Assembly: GCA_013239625.1 (NCBI GenBank)
Contig: MU053873.1
Location: forward strand, 2,618,524 to 2,682,523
Reading direction: 5' to 3'
DNA from: Lama guanicoe
Taxonomy: Eukaryota
Length of the DNA stretch: 64,000 bases
In this document: piece after piece, positions 63,720 through 64,000 of the stretch
Layout: each line of letters opens with the position of its first letter
Position numbering within the stretch: the first letter of the stretch is position 1
Notes under the pieces: model-generated
Told to the model about the DNA's origin: nothing
Database searches by the model: none
Seen by the model: only the letters and a program-made list of their open reading frames with translations
Program-made: the position numbers and the translations under genes

Positions 63720-64000
63720 ATTTCAATCCTCTGTCTCGGTGAATGGATAAATAAGCGGGAGTACGTCATATAATGAAATCTACTCAGCAATGAAAAGGAG
63801 CACGCTATTGATAGATACTATGACAAGGACAAACTTCAAAAATATTACCTGGGGTGAAAGAAGCCAGGCACAAGAGACCACATGCTGTATGATTCCATTT
63901 ACACGAAACGTCCAGAAAAGGCCACCCTCTACAGACAGAAGGTAGATTTGCGGTTGCCAGGGATTAGGAGCAGGCTGGGGATTAACAGTAAATGGGGGTG
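63720..64000 (+). mobile_element. Old L1 fragment (runs off the window)
   Basis: gtgaatggataaataag...tactcagcaatgaaaagga...gaagccaggcacaaga...tgtatgattccattt. Confidence 0.85.

Larger units (their letters stand above)
53500..64000 (-). ncRNA. MIAT: MIAT/Gomafu lncRNA orthologue, 3' part (terminal exon plus upstream exons/introns; TSS probably beyond the right edge; both boundaries uncertain)
   Basis: Seven perfect TACTAAC on the minus strand (plus-strand GTTAGTA at 57121, 57143, 57158, 57307, 57802, 57826, 57922) plus 8 more ACTAAC within 55646-57864. Clustered UACUAAC is the established hallmark of Gomafu/MIAT. No credible CDS. Minus-strand TTTACTTTAACAGACTGCAGAA (~53694-53715) resembles human MIAT as I recall it (unverified). 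Confidence 0.82.

Overview
This is mammalian genomic DNA, very probably from a camelid: it carries a Vic-1-type tRNA-derived SINE at ~22.1 kb and artiodactyl-type L1 3' ends. I see no credible intact protein-coding gene. The ORF track is explained by GC-rich chance ORFs, simple repeats and decayed L1/ERV fragments. The right-hand ~10 kb looks like the 3' portion of the nuclear lncRNA MIAT/Gomafu on the minus strand. The main evidence is seven perfect TACTAAC (branch-point/SF1/QKI) motifs at 57121-57928 and eight further ACTAAC hexamers, all on the minus strand. Between the two ACTAAC clusters lies a degenerate ~30-bp tandem array with an ETS-like CCGGAAGT core. The rest of the window would be the downstream desert (toward MN1 if human synteny holds). 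It is dense in MIR, L2, L1, MaLR/ERVL/ERV1 LTRs and hAT MITEs. It also holds two orphan CpG islands (one with a well-formed minus-strand exon, one overlapping ERVL-like pol remnants) and several repeat-free blocks rich in homeodomain motifs that are enhancer candidates. Repeat family names and the MIAT call come from recognising sequence by eye and need RepeatMasker/BLAST confirmation. Boundaries are approximate unless a target-site duplication (TSD) is given.
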